From the NCBI GenBank assembly GCA_965198235.1, contig OZ240248.1, forward strand, positions 2,944,001 to 3,008,000: a DNA stretch of 64,000 bases, written 5' to 3'. The position numbers were made by a program, and so were the translations under genes. The notes beneath the pieces were generated by a model. The model had not been told where the DNA came from and did not search any database. It saw only the letters and a list, made by a program, of their open reading frames with translations. Each line of letters begins with the position of its first letter. The first letter of the stretch is position 1. Positions 1 through 9,711 of the stretch are shown here, piece by piece. This DNA comes from Candidatus Poribacteria bacterium (lineage in GTDB: Bacteria; Poribacteria; WGA-4E; WGA-3G).

Positions 1-672
1 CCTAAAAGAATTACCGCGGCGAAAAATGGATTCAGCAAACTCTATGTGACCACGACCTGTCCGAGCATAACTAATTCCTCTTTCATCCTTATTTTCATCC
101 TTATCAATTCTACGAATTATATACTTTAATCTCGGTATTTTATGGAGTGCCTGAGGGAATGCTTCAAATACTGATATAACGAGCATCAGCTCTTCATTTT
201 CAAAATTTGAATAGCGTGTTAATGTCTTGCTTGTGGTGCCCTCGGTTGATGAATCATAAGAGGGGACGTATATACCGTACCTTTTTTGCAATATCAATTC
301 TATTATGGATCTGTTTGTCCCATTCTCTGTTATGAATTGAACGATAGCGTAATATAGGTGCTTGCCCGGTGATACAACCTCTTGGGATCCTTCAACTGGA
401 AAAATATCCTTACTAACAGTAACGAACTTTACTTTATCTTTGGATTCAATTTTAATTCCATTTTCTAAGCCATCTTCACTTATATTCCATCTGGAAAATT
501 GTAAATTCAGATTTGGGGATATGGATTCAAAGACTTTAAAAAGCGCGTATGCATGTTTTGTAGTCCACGTAGCATCTAAGTAAACGGAATATTTTTCCTC
601 CAACTGTGACATAGGATTGTTACTTGGCATTTCATAATAATGAGATGTATAACAACTTGGCTGGAGAATCAT
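1..672 (-). CDS. Hypothetical protein, runs off the left edge (partial)
   Basis: Manual translation from ATG at 672 (MILQPSCYTSHYYEMPSNNPMSQLEEKY...GHIEFAESIFRRGNSFR) has no stop before base 1; AT-rich; true start uncertain; not in ORF track because it is truncated. Confidence 0.7.
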   Translation of the reverse strand, partial: MILQPSCYTSHYYEMPSNNPMSQLEEKYSVYLDATWTTKHAYALFKVFESISPNLNLQFSRWNISEDGLENGIKIESKDKVKFVTVSKDIFPVEGSQEVVSPGKHLYYAIVQFITENGTNRSIIELILQKRYGIYVPSYDSSTEGTTSKTLTRYSNFENEELMLVISVFEAFPQALHKIPRLKYIIRRIDKDENKDERGISYARTGRGHIEFAESIFRRGNSFR

Positions 673-718
673 GATTAACAAAGGGAGAGCGGCAAAACCG
701 AAAGGTAAATTAAAAGAG

Positions 719-845
719 GTACATCCTGAAACAAAGTGGAAGGGTTTTGCTTGAGGTATTTGCTTGGAAATTTCTTCAGATATACGGAATAGGCACGTCG
801 ATTTAACCAACACAACTGACCGAACCGCAAGGAAAATTAGAAAAA
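719..845 (-). repeat. Copy of ~130 bp interspersed element (TTTTAATTTTCCTTGCGGTTCGGTCAG ... CGTATATC ... TAC family)
   Basis: Reverse complement aligns by eye with 35261-35393 (shared ccttgcggttcggtcag and ccgtatatctgaagaaat..ccaagca); a partial degenerate tandem copy lies at 694-716. Confidence 0.75.
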
Positions 846-854
846 TTCGCATCA

Positions 855-3293
855 TCAATTGTCCTTTGTGCCACGTCGCAACCGGAACGGATCACTCTTG
901 ACGATCTCTGTAATCAGCACAGAGCTTCTATAACCTCTGGCTTCAAGTTGTGCAACGATCCTGTCAACGATCGATCGGTCATAATATTCCAATCCTCTAC
1001 CTAAAGCATAGATTAACATTTTCTCTGTCAAACAGCGTAGGAATTGCTGTTTTCTGTCCTTGACGACCTGTTTCAGGTCGGCTACGCCGTGCAATACTGT
1101 TCCGTCTGGCAATTCCGCGGTTGTATCAATATCCAATTCGCCATCTTTCCACCGAAAAGCCCCAATCGCGTTGTAGTTTTCGAGTGCGAATCCGATTGGG
1201 TCCATTTTCGCATGACAGTTGGCACATGCGGGGTCTGCTCGGTGTTGCTCAAGCCGTTCACGTAGTGTACTCCCGTGAACCGCCTCACCCTCTTCTTCCA
1301 ATTCCGGGACATCTGGTGGCGGTGGTGGTGGTGGTGTACCGAGTATCTGTTCCAGAACCCAACGCCCCCTTTTGACGGGAGAGGTGCGCGTTGGGTTAGA
1401 AGTCACCGTCAAGACGCTGGCATGGCTAAGAATCCCACCACGCGAGGTACTCTGCAGCTTGACCCGTTGAAACGATCTGCCTTTAATCGCTTCGCCGCCG
1501 GGAACGATGTTCTTTTGTCCTCTCCAGTTTCCCTGTGTATCCATAATGCCGTAGTGATTTGCCAAGGGAGAATTGAGGAAAGTGTAATCGGCATCAATGA
1601 GGTCAAGTACACTCCGGTCTTCACGAAAGATTGATTCAAGAAAGAGTTCCGTCTCCTTTAACATGGCAGCGCGCAGTGCACCAGTGAATGTCGGAAATTG
1701 TTCGAGGTCGGGGGCAGCCGTTGTTAGTCGTTGGATTTGAAGCCATTGGGTTCCGAAATTACGGCCCAATTCGGATGCTTTCGGATCTGCCAACATGCGT
1801 TTAACTTGCGACTCCAGATTGGCAGTGAGTTGCTTCTTCCCAGCGAGTTCAAGGAGTTCGTCATCTGGCATGCTGCTCCACAAGAAGTAGGAGAGCCGAG
1901 AAGCGAGTTGAAACTCATCAATCGGATACGATTCTGAACGCTGTGGACGGTCGTCCAACTCCAACCGAAATAGGAACTTCGGTGAACAAAGAATGACTTT
2001 AATCGCCTCTTGAATGCCCGCTTCCCACGGCGCGCCATCCGCTTGAACTGATGCTACAAACTGTGTGAGTTGTTCCACTTCGTTTTCGGTGGGTGGACGA
2101 CGATAGCCGCGCCGAAGCAAACGCGTTAGCACTTCACGGGTCTGTTCTGCTTGGGAGATATCAGGTATGCACGCCAGAATTTCAAAATGAGAATCGGGTC
2201 TGGTTTCTAATGGTCCCTCTGCCCAGAGCGTGCGAATCTGGAGTTTAGCATGCGGTTCACCTTCTATTGGCTTAAGCATCGCAATACCGACTTTTTCAAT
2301 GTTAGGAATACCGGTCATAAGGAATTCAATTGTCTGTCTTTTTTCGTCATCGCGGGCGGTAATCTCAAAAGCCTTCAAAACCTTGATATTATTGTCTACC
2401 GTAGGATCTATGCCAACTAAGCGTGCGAGTTTCTCCGGTGGGGTCGTCTCCTCCAATTTGTCACCCTGAATGAATAAAGCGACTTCCACGGGTGTTTCGC
2501 TGTCCGTTTCGGCGTAAAGTGTTGCGCGGTAGACGATTTCTGCATCGGGAGATATCTTGAAATATGTCGCTCCCGTTGTAAAGGGACCAGATTTCCATGT
2601 TTCTGTGGCGGTTGGATCGAGCAGGCGGTAACGTTCATCAGGGACATCATCGTGGCGCGGATCAAGACGATTACCATTTTGGTAACGTTTGGAGGGTGGT
2701 GGTGGTGCCAACAAGATAACACGCGTGGCGATTGCCTCCGCGGCTTCAAGGTAACGCTCCATTAGAAGCGGTGACATCGTGAGCACATCACCGATATTAT
2801 CAAATCCGTGTCCGACATCATCTGCAGGAAAATTTTCGGTCGGGTTGAAATCAACTCCGAGTAGGTCTCGGACGGTATTCTTGTATTCGACTTTATTGAG
2901 TCGGCGGACCGTTACTCGTCCAGGGTCTGGCTTAGCCATGCGATCCGCATGTTCAAAGATCGCTTCAATGTGCGCAACAAAAGATTCCGACACTTCCATC
3001 GGCGGTTGATCGCTGTCCGATGGTGGCATCTGACCTGTCGTTAGCATGTCCAGAACCCGTTCCCAGATGTCCCGGTTTCCAATTAACGAGTGATTGTCCG
3101 TGAATGAATCCAAGGAGAGTTCGGCGGCAGGCTGATCACCGGCGTGACAACTAAAACAGTACTGTTCCAAGAACAAAGCACCATTTTGCGAAAAGTCGGA
3201 AGTGTCCTTTTCACCCGGGTTGGCAGTAAGTGCAACGAGCAGTAGCACTAAAATCAGACAAAAACATTGTGAGACATAATTGAGCGAAATCAT
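855..3293 (-). CDS. Planctomycete-type cytochrome c / PSD-domain protein (DUF1587/1595/1592/1588/1585 architecture)
   Basis: Signal peptide; two CxxCH heme motifs (CFSCH, CANCH); RRLNKVEYKNTVRDL, LASRLSYFLWSSMPDDEL, RTSPVKRG and PPPPPPDVP motifs typical of the family. Confidence 0.9.
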   Translation of the reverse strand: MISLNYVSQCFCLILVLLLVALTANPGEKDTSDFSQNGALFLEQYCFSCHAGDQPAAELSLDSFTDNHSLIGNRDIWERVLDMLTTGQMPPSDSDQPPMEVSESFVAHIEAIFEHADRMAKPDPGRVTVRRLNKVEYKNTVRDLLGVDFNPTENFPADDVGHGFDNIGDVLTMSPLLMERYLEAAEAIATRVILLAPPPPSKRYQNGNRLDPRHDDVPDERYRLLDPTATETWKSGPFTTGATYFKISPDAEIVYRATLYAETDSETPVEVALFIQGDKLEETTPPEKLARLVGIDPTVDNNIKVLKAFEITARDDEKRQTIEFLMTGIPNIEKVGIAMLKPIEGEPHAKLQIRTLWAEGPLETRPDSHFEILACIPDISQAEQTREVLTRLLRRGYRRPPTENEVEQLTQFVASVQADGAPWEAGIQEAIKVILCSPKFLFRLELDDRPQRSESYPIDEFQLASRLSYFLWSSMPDDELLELAGKKQLTANLESQVKRMLADPKASELGRNFGTQWLQIQRLTTAAPDLEQFPTFTGALRAAMLKETELFLESIFREDRSVLDLIDADYTFLNSPLANHYGIMDTQGNWRGQKNIVPGGEAIKGRSFQRVKLQSTSRGGILSHASVLTVTSNPTRTSPVKRGRWVLEQILGTPPPPPPPDVPELEEEGEAVHGSTLRERLEQHRADPACANCHAKMDPIGFALENYNAIGAFRWKDGELDIDTTAELPDGTVLHGVADLKQVVKDRKQQFLRCLTEKMLIYALGRGLEYYDRSIVDRIVAQLEARGYRSSVLITEIVKSDPFRLRRGTKDN

Positions 3294-4589
3294 CAGCTTC
3301 TTCAGGCTTTCCTATATTTGAAATGTGAGTGGTAAGGCAATATTTTCTTGCTTTACAATGGGTTGTTTAGATATAGGTTTATATCTAAAGTTAAGGCGTT
3401 TCAGTATTTTGCAGTCCGATACTTTTGCGGAAAGTGTCAGACGTTTGCCGCCTTCCACGGGTTGTAAACTCACCCCGTCTTTTTGGTGACCACATATCAC
3501 AGCAAGACCATGCTTGATATGCTTTACCAGTGTACCTTTGGTATATCCGAGGCATCTCGTGCCGCCATATCGCGGTCTTTTGCCGCCCTTTCTGGGCAGC
3601 TCCCTGTGTAGATTGCGTCTTTGTATAGATATAGGCGATATACAAAATATATCTGCATTATCCACATAAGGATTGCCGCCTACCACATGATATGCCAAGC
3701 ACCAACTATCCACACAATGTGCCTCAAAGACTTCAGCAGTCTTATTAGAGGACTTCTTCAAGCCAAGCGAGTCGCGTATATCTTTCGTTTCATGTCCCTG
3801 AAGTGTGAGCAACTCCCACTTCTTTCGGATTTCGCTATAGAACCATTCCTTGCCCACTTCAAGGGGGCTGAATGACTGGTTCCACTTCTTTTGATGCTTC
3901 TTGGTTCTTGCCTTAATATCTTCCACACATACTTGTGTGATTGGATACAGATTGGACAGCCAATCTAATATGTGCAGTTTCCAGTTCCACCTTCCACGCG
4001 TGCCAGCAGGGATGCGTTGCTTGTTAGTGAGTCTATTCATACGGTTCTTTCTATTGGGACACTTGCGTGAACGCCTGGACCTACGCAACTCTCGCCTTTT
4101 CGCAATCTTCTTGCCCACTTTGTTATGGGCATCGGCTTGAACATTCAGGTAAGTATGTTTCTCAGACTTCACTGTGAAACCTTCCTTTTTACTGCCAGGA
4201 TCCACACCAACCGCAATGTCCTGAGTATCTCTATCTGAAGGTTCCTTGTTAAGCCTTATACAAAATATGCCATTGTTAAAATAAGGTGTTGCTGCGCCAC
4301 GCTGAATAAGTTTCCTGGCACGCGAGGCATGCATTGGCATCAATTGCTGACCATCCTTCGATTTTACAGGTACTAACATAAGTTTACATCTCCTTCTCAG
4401 GGTGTGTGCTTCCCCATCGAGATCGCGGAACCAGAGAGGATATAGACTTGAGGAGCATCCAATACCATCTTGTTGACTGCCACGCCAAGGTCCGCGATAT
4501 TTTACTCTATTCAGATTCTCACGTTGCAGGGTCCCCGCTTGGCTGCGGATATTCTAACAATCTCCAGTCTTTAGACTGGAGTATCTGAA
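3294..4589 (-). mobile_element. IS200/IS605-superfamily OMEGA element (omegaRNA + isrB), non-autonomous (no tnpA in window)
   Basis: Left-end hairpin CTCCAGTC-TAAA-GACTGGAG (4562-4581) preceded by TTCAGATA; isrB ORF; 3' boundary abuts ATGA at 3293; right end degenerate. Confidence 0.7.
3312..4379 (-). CDS. isrB: IsrB RNA-guided nickase (RRXRR/PLMP family, RuvC without HNH)
   Basis: 355 aa; N-terminal PLMP-like QLMP; RuvC-I VGVD60PG; Arg-rich bridge helix RRELRRSRRSR; RuvC-II VE153D; RuvC-III H221CVD224; no HNH or CxxC insertion. Confidence 0.9.
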   Translation of the reverse strand: MLVPVKSKDGQQLMPMHASRARKLIQRGAATPYFNNGIFCIRLNKEPSDRDTQDIAVGVDPGSKKEGFTVKSEKHTYLNVQADAHNKVGKKIAKRRELRRSRRSRKCPNRKNRMNRLTNKQRIPAGTRGRWNWKLHILDWLSNLYPITQVCVEDIKARTKKHQKKWNQSFSPLEVGKEWFYSEIRKKWELLTLQGHETKDIRDSLGLKKSSNKTAEVFEAHCVDSWCLAYHVVGGNPYVDNADIFCISPISIQRRNLHRELPRKGGKRPRYGGTRCLGYTKGTLVKHIKHGLAVICGHQKDGVSLQPVEGGKRLTLSAKVSDCKILKRLNFRYKPISKQPIVKQENIALPLTFQI

Positions 4590-4609
4590 TCGTATGCTTC
4601 CCGAACTAT
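4380..4609 (-). ncRNA. omegaRNA (scaffold ~4589->4380; putative 5' guide ~4609->4590)
   Basis: Non-coding region directly upstream of isrB; TTCAGAT pairs with ATCTGAA downstream; terminal hairpin; GGATGCTCCTCAAGTC...CCTCT...TCGATGGGGA segments resemble IscB/IsrB omegaRNA scaffolds; boundaries inferred. Confidence 0.75.
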
Positions 4610-4676
4610 GGAACTAAGGTTTTGCTTTCTTGTGAAAACGTTTCGTTTGGTTATAAGTTTACGCTAATATGCAACC

Positions 4677-4706
4677 ATTATATCTCAGTATGAAGCCTAA
4701 AGGCAA
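4677..4706 (-). promoter_or_regulatory. Putative sigma70 promoter driving guide-omegaRNA-isrB (originally the DUF1592 gene promoter?)
   Basis: TTGCCT-18 nt-TATAAT on the minus strand. Confidence 0.5.
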
Positions 4707-4881
4707 ATAAAAACCCACTAAATACGGGATTATTTAGTTTTCTGAACAGAATTTGCGCTTTATGGTCAATTCTGCTAAAATAGCGGCGTTAGAAACAGCA
4801 AGATTCCAAGCGACTGTCCACGTGTCCTTCTCACCCAACGCATCTAAATGTGTTGAAAACGCTATAGGAGTATCTCCAGCC

Positions 4882-5952
4882 ATGAATCGACACGAACAAG
4901 AAGCAATTGTGAACGCAGCAGCGTTGCAAACCGTCTGTAGCCAACTTTACCAAAAAGTAGGCGTTGCTCAATCAGATGCTGATACCGTCGCAGAAATGCA
5001 AGTCCTGATGGATTTACGCGGCGTTCATTCGCACGCGACACGCGCCGTCCCGCGTTATGTTCGCGGTATCATCAACGGTGATATAAATCCTAATCCACAA
5101 CTTCAAAGGCTTGAAGACAACGCCGCTTCTGTCTTGTTAGATGGCGACCGCGGATTGGGGCATCTCGTCGGTGTCCGTGCAATGAACATCGCCGTTGAAA
5201 AAGCGAAGTCGGCTTCGATTGGCGTGGCGATTGTTCGGAATAGCAATCACTTCGGGGCTGCTTCCAGCCATGCGATGCGAGCCACGGAACACGATATGAT
5301 CGGTTTCGCAACCACTAACGGACTCGGTGTGAATGTCGCTGTCTTCGGCGCAAGAAGCACTTCGATCGGGAATAATGCGCTCTCCTTTGCCGTCCCCGCC
5401 GGTGAAGAGCCGCCGATCGTATTGGATATGGCGTGTGGTGCTGCCGCCGCTGGGCGGATTGGTACCGCGAGGTTATATCAAGAAAAAATCCCGTTGGGAT
5501 GGGCACTGGACGCAGATGGCAATGAAACCGATGACCCCGGGAAGGTTGCCGCTATCTTACCTGCCGCGGGTCCCAAAGGCTCTGCCTTGGCAATCGTGAT
5601 GGATGTCTTATGCGGTCCGTTGAGTGGTGGGCTGATGGGGATCAACAAGCATTATCAGCCTGGAGATGCACCACGAGAAAAACGCGTATCAGCACACTTT
5701 TTCTTCGCAATCAACATCGCCAGTTTCACTTCCATTGTAGAATTCAAAGCTGAGATTGACCGACAGATTCGGATGACACGTCAAGCCACCCCGCGTAGCG
5801 GATTTACGCGCGTCACCCTACCTGGCGAGATTGAATGGGAATTGACGCAAGAACGCCTCGCAAACGGGATTCCCCTCCACAGGGAACCATTGCAGGAGAT
5901 TGAGCGACTCGCTGACGAATTAGATATTGAAATTCCGTGGGACCGAGTGTAA
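4882..5952 (+). CDS. Ldh_2 family oxidoreductase (malate/L-lactate/ureidoglycolate dehydrogenase-like)
   Basis: DLRGVHSH, LDGDRGLG, NSNHFGA, IVLDMA, GPKGSALA and LPGEIE motifs; AGGAG upstream of ATG 4882. Confidence 0.9.
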   Translation: MNRHEQEAIVNAAALQTVCSQLYQKVGVAQSDADTVAEMQVLMDLRGVHSHATRAVPRYVRGIINGDINPNPQLQRLEDNAASVLLDGDRGLGHLVGVRAMNIAVEKAKSASIGVAIVRNSNHFGAASSHAMRATEHDMIGFATTNGLGVNVAVFGARSTSIGNNALSFAVPAGEEPPIVLDMACGAAAAGRIGTARLYQEKIPLGWALDADGNETDDPGKVAAILPAAGPKGSALAIVMDVLCGPLSGGLMGINKHYQPGDAPREKRVSAHFFFAINIASFTSIVEFKAEIDRQIRMTRQATPRSGFTRVTLPGEIEWELTQERLANGIPLHREPLQEIERLADELDIEIPWDRV

Positions 5953-6161
5953 TTACTGGTGGATACCGCAGAAGTATAGCCTGAACCGTGGATGACACAT
6001 AAGGCATATCCGAAAAAAGAGTAAAATCAATCAAACGGATATTATTATTTATAATACAGTAAGTTATGTATAAATTAACTTACTATTTCGTTTTCTATCG
6101 GTTCCATGAGATAAGTCGCGATCAGGAGGTCGTTCCCAAGCAAGTATCGTTAGATTTAGAT

Positions 6162-6252
6162 AGGACTTACGCAATTTTCCCATGGGACCTACGTATTGTG
6201 TGCTGCTGGCGAGGTTTCAAACCTCGCCAGCAAGGGTGTTTGCGTAAGTTCT
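6162..6252. repeat. MITE-like element with 13-bp terminal inverted repeats and internal perfect hairpin
   Basis: AGGACTTACGCAA (6162-6174) / TTGCGTAAGTTCT (6240-6252), 12/13 match; internal palindrome TGCTGGCGAGGTTT-C-AAACCTCGCCAGCA (6204-6232). Confidence 0.7.
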
Positions 6253-6297
6253 GTTAGAGATTGTTTACTGACTGACTTTGGAACAAACAGAAAAGAT

Positions 6298-6326
6298 TTG
6301 ACATTCGTCAGAGAATAGGATATAAT
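6298..6326 (+). promoter_or_regulatory. Consensus sigma70 promoter for argF
   Basis: TTGACA-17 nt-TATAAT, perfect consensus. Confidence 0.85.
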
Positions 6327-6445
6327 TATGATTTCTCATTCACCAGTAGCGGTTGAAAACAGTCCAATAGGGGTAAGCTTTCCATGATTGACGAAAATAA
6401 AAGAACCGCGTGTGGATTTCTAAGCACCCTATTGTGGAGGTAATT

Positions 6446-7384
6446 ATGCACTTAATTACACTGAACCCATGGTCAGAAACAGACATTCTTGAAACAGTTG
6501 AAAACAGTCTGAACATCAAAAACCATCCCGAAAAGTACAGACACGCTGTCGGTGGAAAGAGCCTCTGTCTGCTTTTCCAAAAGACCTCTACGCGAACGCG
6601 CTGCGCCGGTGAGATTGGTATAACGCAGCTCGGAGGGCATGCACATTACCTCGATTGGCGCACCACAAACTTCGGTTTAGCCGACCTTAGCGATGAAATA
6701 CGCGTCCTCTCAGCGTATGTTGATGTCATCTTAGCCCGGTTCTTAAAGCACTCGGAACTCGCTGAAGCAGCAGCTGCAGCGACAGTACCGATGATTAATG
6801 GTTGCTGTGACAGATACCACCCAACACAAGCCCTCGGCGATCTGATGACGATACAAGAGCATCTCGGTAGACTGGAAGGGGTCAAATTGTGCTTCATCGG
6901 CGTGCATAACAACGTCTGTAATTCGCTGATTGCTGCCGGCATCAAAGTAGGTATTGAAGTCACGGTCGTTGCACCAGAGGTGAATCCTGCCGCTGTTGAC
7001 AAGGAACTGTGGGATGAAGCTTCTCGGAAAGGTCTCTATAAAACGTTTGATACCAATACCGAATCGGTAGGGAGTTCACTGGAGAAAGTGATTGCCGAAA
7101 GCGATATCGTCTACACAGATACATGGGTGGACATGGAATTCTTCACGGATCCGGCTTTTGCCAAAGAACGGAAACGTCGGTTAGAAAAGATGCTGCCGTA
7201 TCAATTGAATGCGGAACTGCTGAAGGCGCACGAGTGCCGGGTTATGCACTGCCTTCCTGCACACCACGGGTATGAAATTTCGGGTGAACTCGTCGACGAT
7301 GAACGTTCAATTATCTTCGAGCAATCCGAAAACCGCCTCCATAGCATGAAAGCGATCCTTCTCAAACTGCTTGCGCATGCCTAA
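6446..7384 (+). CDS. argF: Ornithine carbamoyltransferase
   Basis: STRT, HPTQ, NNV and HCLP motifs; GGAGG upstream of ATG 6446. Confidence 0.85.
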   Translation: MHLITLNPWSETDILETVENSLNIKNHPEKYRHAVGGKSLCLLFQKTSTRTRCAGEIGITQLGGHAHYLDWRTTNFGLADLSDEIRVLSAYVDVILARFLKHSELAEAAAAATVPMINGCCDRYHPTQALGDLMTIQEHLGRLEGVKLCFIGVHNNVCNSLIAAGIKVGIEVTVVAPEVNPAAVDKELWDEASRKGLYKTFDTNTESVGSSLEKVIAESDIVYTDTWVDMEFFTDPAFAKERKRRLEKMLPYQLNAELLKAHECRVMHCLPAHHGYEISGELVDDERSIIFEQSENRLHSMKAILLKLLAHA

Positions 7385-7554
7385 GTAAAGTAGTATGCAC
7401 GCTCCGTGGGTTCTCCGTAAACCATGAAAAGTAGTAAGCACATTCCGTGTGCCGTCCATCTACGGTTCAGACAACAATTATCACGCCTCTTTTGAATATC
7501 TAACCCAAGGAACTCTGAAAGCCTCCTCTTCCTTTCTAACGGTTACATAAAGAC

Positions 7555-8706
7555 ATGAAAAACTATCTCCAACATCTTGAATGTAGTAAGTGTAGTGCAA
7601 CCTATGACCATCTGGCACCGCAGAACGTCTGTACCACTTGCGGGAAACCTCTGCTTGCCCGCTACGCGCTTGAGCAGGTAGCAGAAACATGGACATGTGA
7701 CGCGCTCCGGTCGAGACCTGCTTCACTCTGGCGTTATTGGGAACTCCTGCCTATATCTAATCCAGCCGACATGGTGACGCTTGGGGAGACAATGACACCC
7801 CTCGTCCATACAAAGAGGTTAGGAGAAACGTTCGGACTTACAGAGGTATGGGTGAAGGACGAATCCCGATTGCCTACTGGAAGCTTCAAGGCGCGCGGTT
7901 TGGCAATGGCAGTCTCCAAGGCAAAAGCACTCGGACTAACGCAATTAGCGATCCCCTCCGCTGGGAACGCTGCGACTGCACTCGCACTTTACGCCGCTGC
8001 CGCAGGTATATCAGCACACATCTTTATGCCACAAGATACACCTCCCTTCAATAAGGAGACGTGTCAACTCGCCGGGGCAAACGTTACACTGATTGATGGT
8101 CTAATTACGGATGCAGGCAGAATTGTCGCAGAACGGAAGGAACAGGAAGGATGGTTTGACATATCAACGCTTAAAGAACCGTACCGCGTAGAGGGCAAAA
8201 AAACGATGGGGTTTGAGCTCGCGGAGCAGTGTGGTTGGGAACTACCGGATGTTATCATCTATCCTACCGGCGGGGGCACAGGTATTGTCGGAATGTGGAA
8301 AGGCTTTGCAGAATTAGAAGCGATCGGTTGGATAGGCAAAAAACGACCGCGGTTCATCTCCGTGCAATCAACAGGATGTGCCCCGATTGTTAAAGCGTGG
8401 GAAGACGGTGCTGCTGAAGCAACGCCGTGGCGTGATGCGCATACCGTTGCAAGCGGTTTGCGGGTTCCACAAGCAATCGGCGATTTCCTCATTTTAGAGG
8501 CGATTCGTAAAAGTAATGGCGCGGCGATTGCTGTCACGGACAATGCTATCCGTGAGGCAATGCAACTGCTCCCCACAACCGAAGGGTTTTTGACATGCCC
8601 TGAAGGAGCAGCAACAGTTGCGGCACTCAAACACCTCGTCGCGAACGGAATGATTGAAGACTCCGAACGCGTTGTGCTTTTCAATACAGGCGGTTACCAG
8701 TCATAG
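7555..8706 (+). CDS. thrC: Threonine synthase (PLP, fold type II)
   Basis: N-terminal CxxC...CxxC; PTGSFKARG PLP-lysine; SAGN; EGKKT; PTGGGTG. Confidence 0.88.
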   Translation: MKNYLQHLECSKCSATYDHLAPQNVCTTCGKPLLARYALEQVAETWTCDALRSRPASLWRYWELLPISNPADMVTLGETMTPLVHTKRLGETFGLTEVWVKDESRLPTGSFKARGLAMAVSKAKALGLTQLAIPSAGNAATALALYAAAAGISAHIFMPQDTPPFNKETCQLAGANVTLIDGLITDAGRIVAERKEQEGWFDISTLKEPYRVEGKKTMGFELAEQCGWELPDVIIYPTGGGTGIVGMWKGFAELEAIGWIGKKRPRFISVQSTGCAPIVKAWEDGAAEATPWRDAHTVASGLRVPQAIGDFLILEAIRKSNGAAIAVTDNAIREAMQLLPTTEGFLTCPEGAATVAALKHLVANGMIEDSERVVLFNTGGYQS

Positions 8707-8733
8707 ACGGAAGGTCCCGATTGCGGATCGTTC

Positions 8734-9462
8734 CTACTTTCTTTCAAGATAGTCGTAAGCCGGTTGCCTTGCGGTTTCCGCTTCAGATGCCTTCGTCTTG
8801 AGATGATAGCCTATGTCATACTTGCGGACGGATACAATCGGATAGGGACCGTCAAATCCTGTGATTATACCCTTTACCTCGACCGGTTTATTGTTGTTCG
8901 CCGCATCAATCCGCAGCTGATCAAACTCAGGGTTCGCGCTGAAGACGAACTTCTGTTCCTCGTTCCCGGCAGTCATTGCATGATGGATATGAGACGTATC
9001 AGGTCGCCAGCGTCGCCATGAAGGAACATTTCGGAGGTAGCTCCGGGCGAAGCCGGGATGTGCAAACAGGTCGCCGCGAATGGTAGCCTCGGTATTAAGA
9101 ACACGGGAGTGTCCAATGCCGTGGCGACCCCGGAAACGCGAATCGTTGAGTTGACGCATGATGTCATAGACGTCAAACGTATGTGTTTCGCTGTATTTAG
9201 AGACACCTTGTCTCGGTTTAACTTTCACAAGTGTAGTGAAAAGTCGTTTTCTGCCGTGCTTGTCAACAGGCGTATGAAATGTGATGTCCTTTGGATCCGC
9301 CCAAGGTTCTAATAACCGTCGAATTTGCCTCGCATCGGCGTTGCTGACGACATCGGAAATTTCCACCTGCAAGACAGCGACTTCAGCCATGCTTACCATA
9401 CTGATACCAACAAACAGAAGGACCACCACAACGGTTAGGCAGTAGAAATGTGCGCGTTTCAT
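8734..9462 (-). CDS. Exported hypothetical protein
   Basis: N-terminal hydrophobic signal segment; GAGGA SD before ATG 9462; no recognisable family. Confidence 0.7.
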   Translation of the reverse strand: MKRAHFYCLTVVVVLLFVGISMVSMAEVAVLQVEISDVVSNADARQIRRLLEPWADPKDITFHTPVDKHGRKRLFTTLVKVKPRQGVSKYSETHTFDVYDIMRQLNDSRFRGRHGIGHSRVLNTEATIRGDLFAHPGFARSYLRNVPSWRRWRPDTSHIHHAMTAGNEEQKFVFSANPEFDQLRIDAANNNKPVEVKGIITGFDGPYPIVSVRKYDIGYHLKTKASEAETARQPAYDYLERK

Positions 9463-9711
9463 CTCGATTTCCTCGCTTAATTCGTAAGTTTTTCGTTCCT
9501 TATACTTGTTAGACACCATTCAACGAAAAAAGTTTCAAAAAAAGTTACAGAGGTCCAGTCTAATGACTTCTGTAGCGTAGAGCCGGTATAAGGTTTTGGA
9601 GTGTAAAAGCACTAAATTCGATTGTTTCTACGTATCTGCAGTGAAAACTCGCTTCACTTAAAAGGTTAAACAGTCAACGCCCCAAAAAAGTTTACATGGG
9701 AGGCATATAAT

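Noticed and set aside
1315-1336. GGT triplet repeat
   Set aside because: Encodes the poly-proline linker normal for DUF1588-type proteins
3312-4379. IscB, Cas9 or TnpB call for the RRXRR protein
   Set aside because: No HNH or zinc finger between RuvC-II and RuvC-III, N-terminal PLMP-like motif present, 355 aa, no CRISPR array; fits IsrB
4406-4588. 60-aa ORF on + strand
   Set aside because: Antisense to the omegaRNA scaffold; no SD or recognisable protein features
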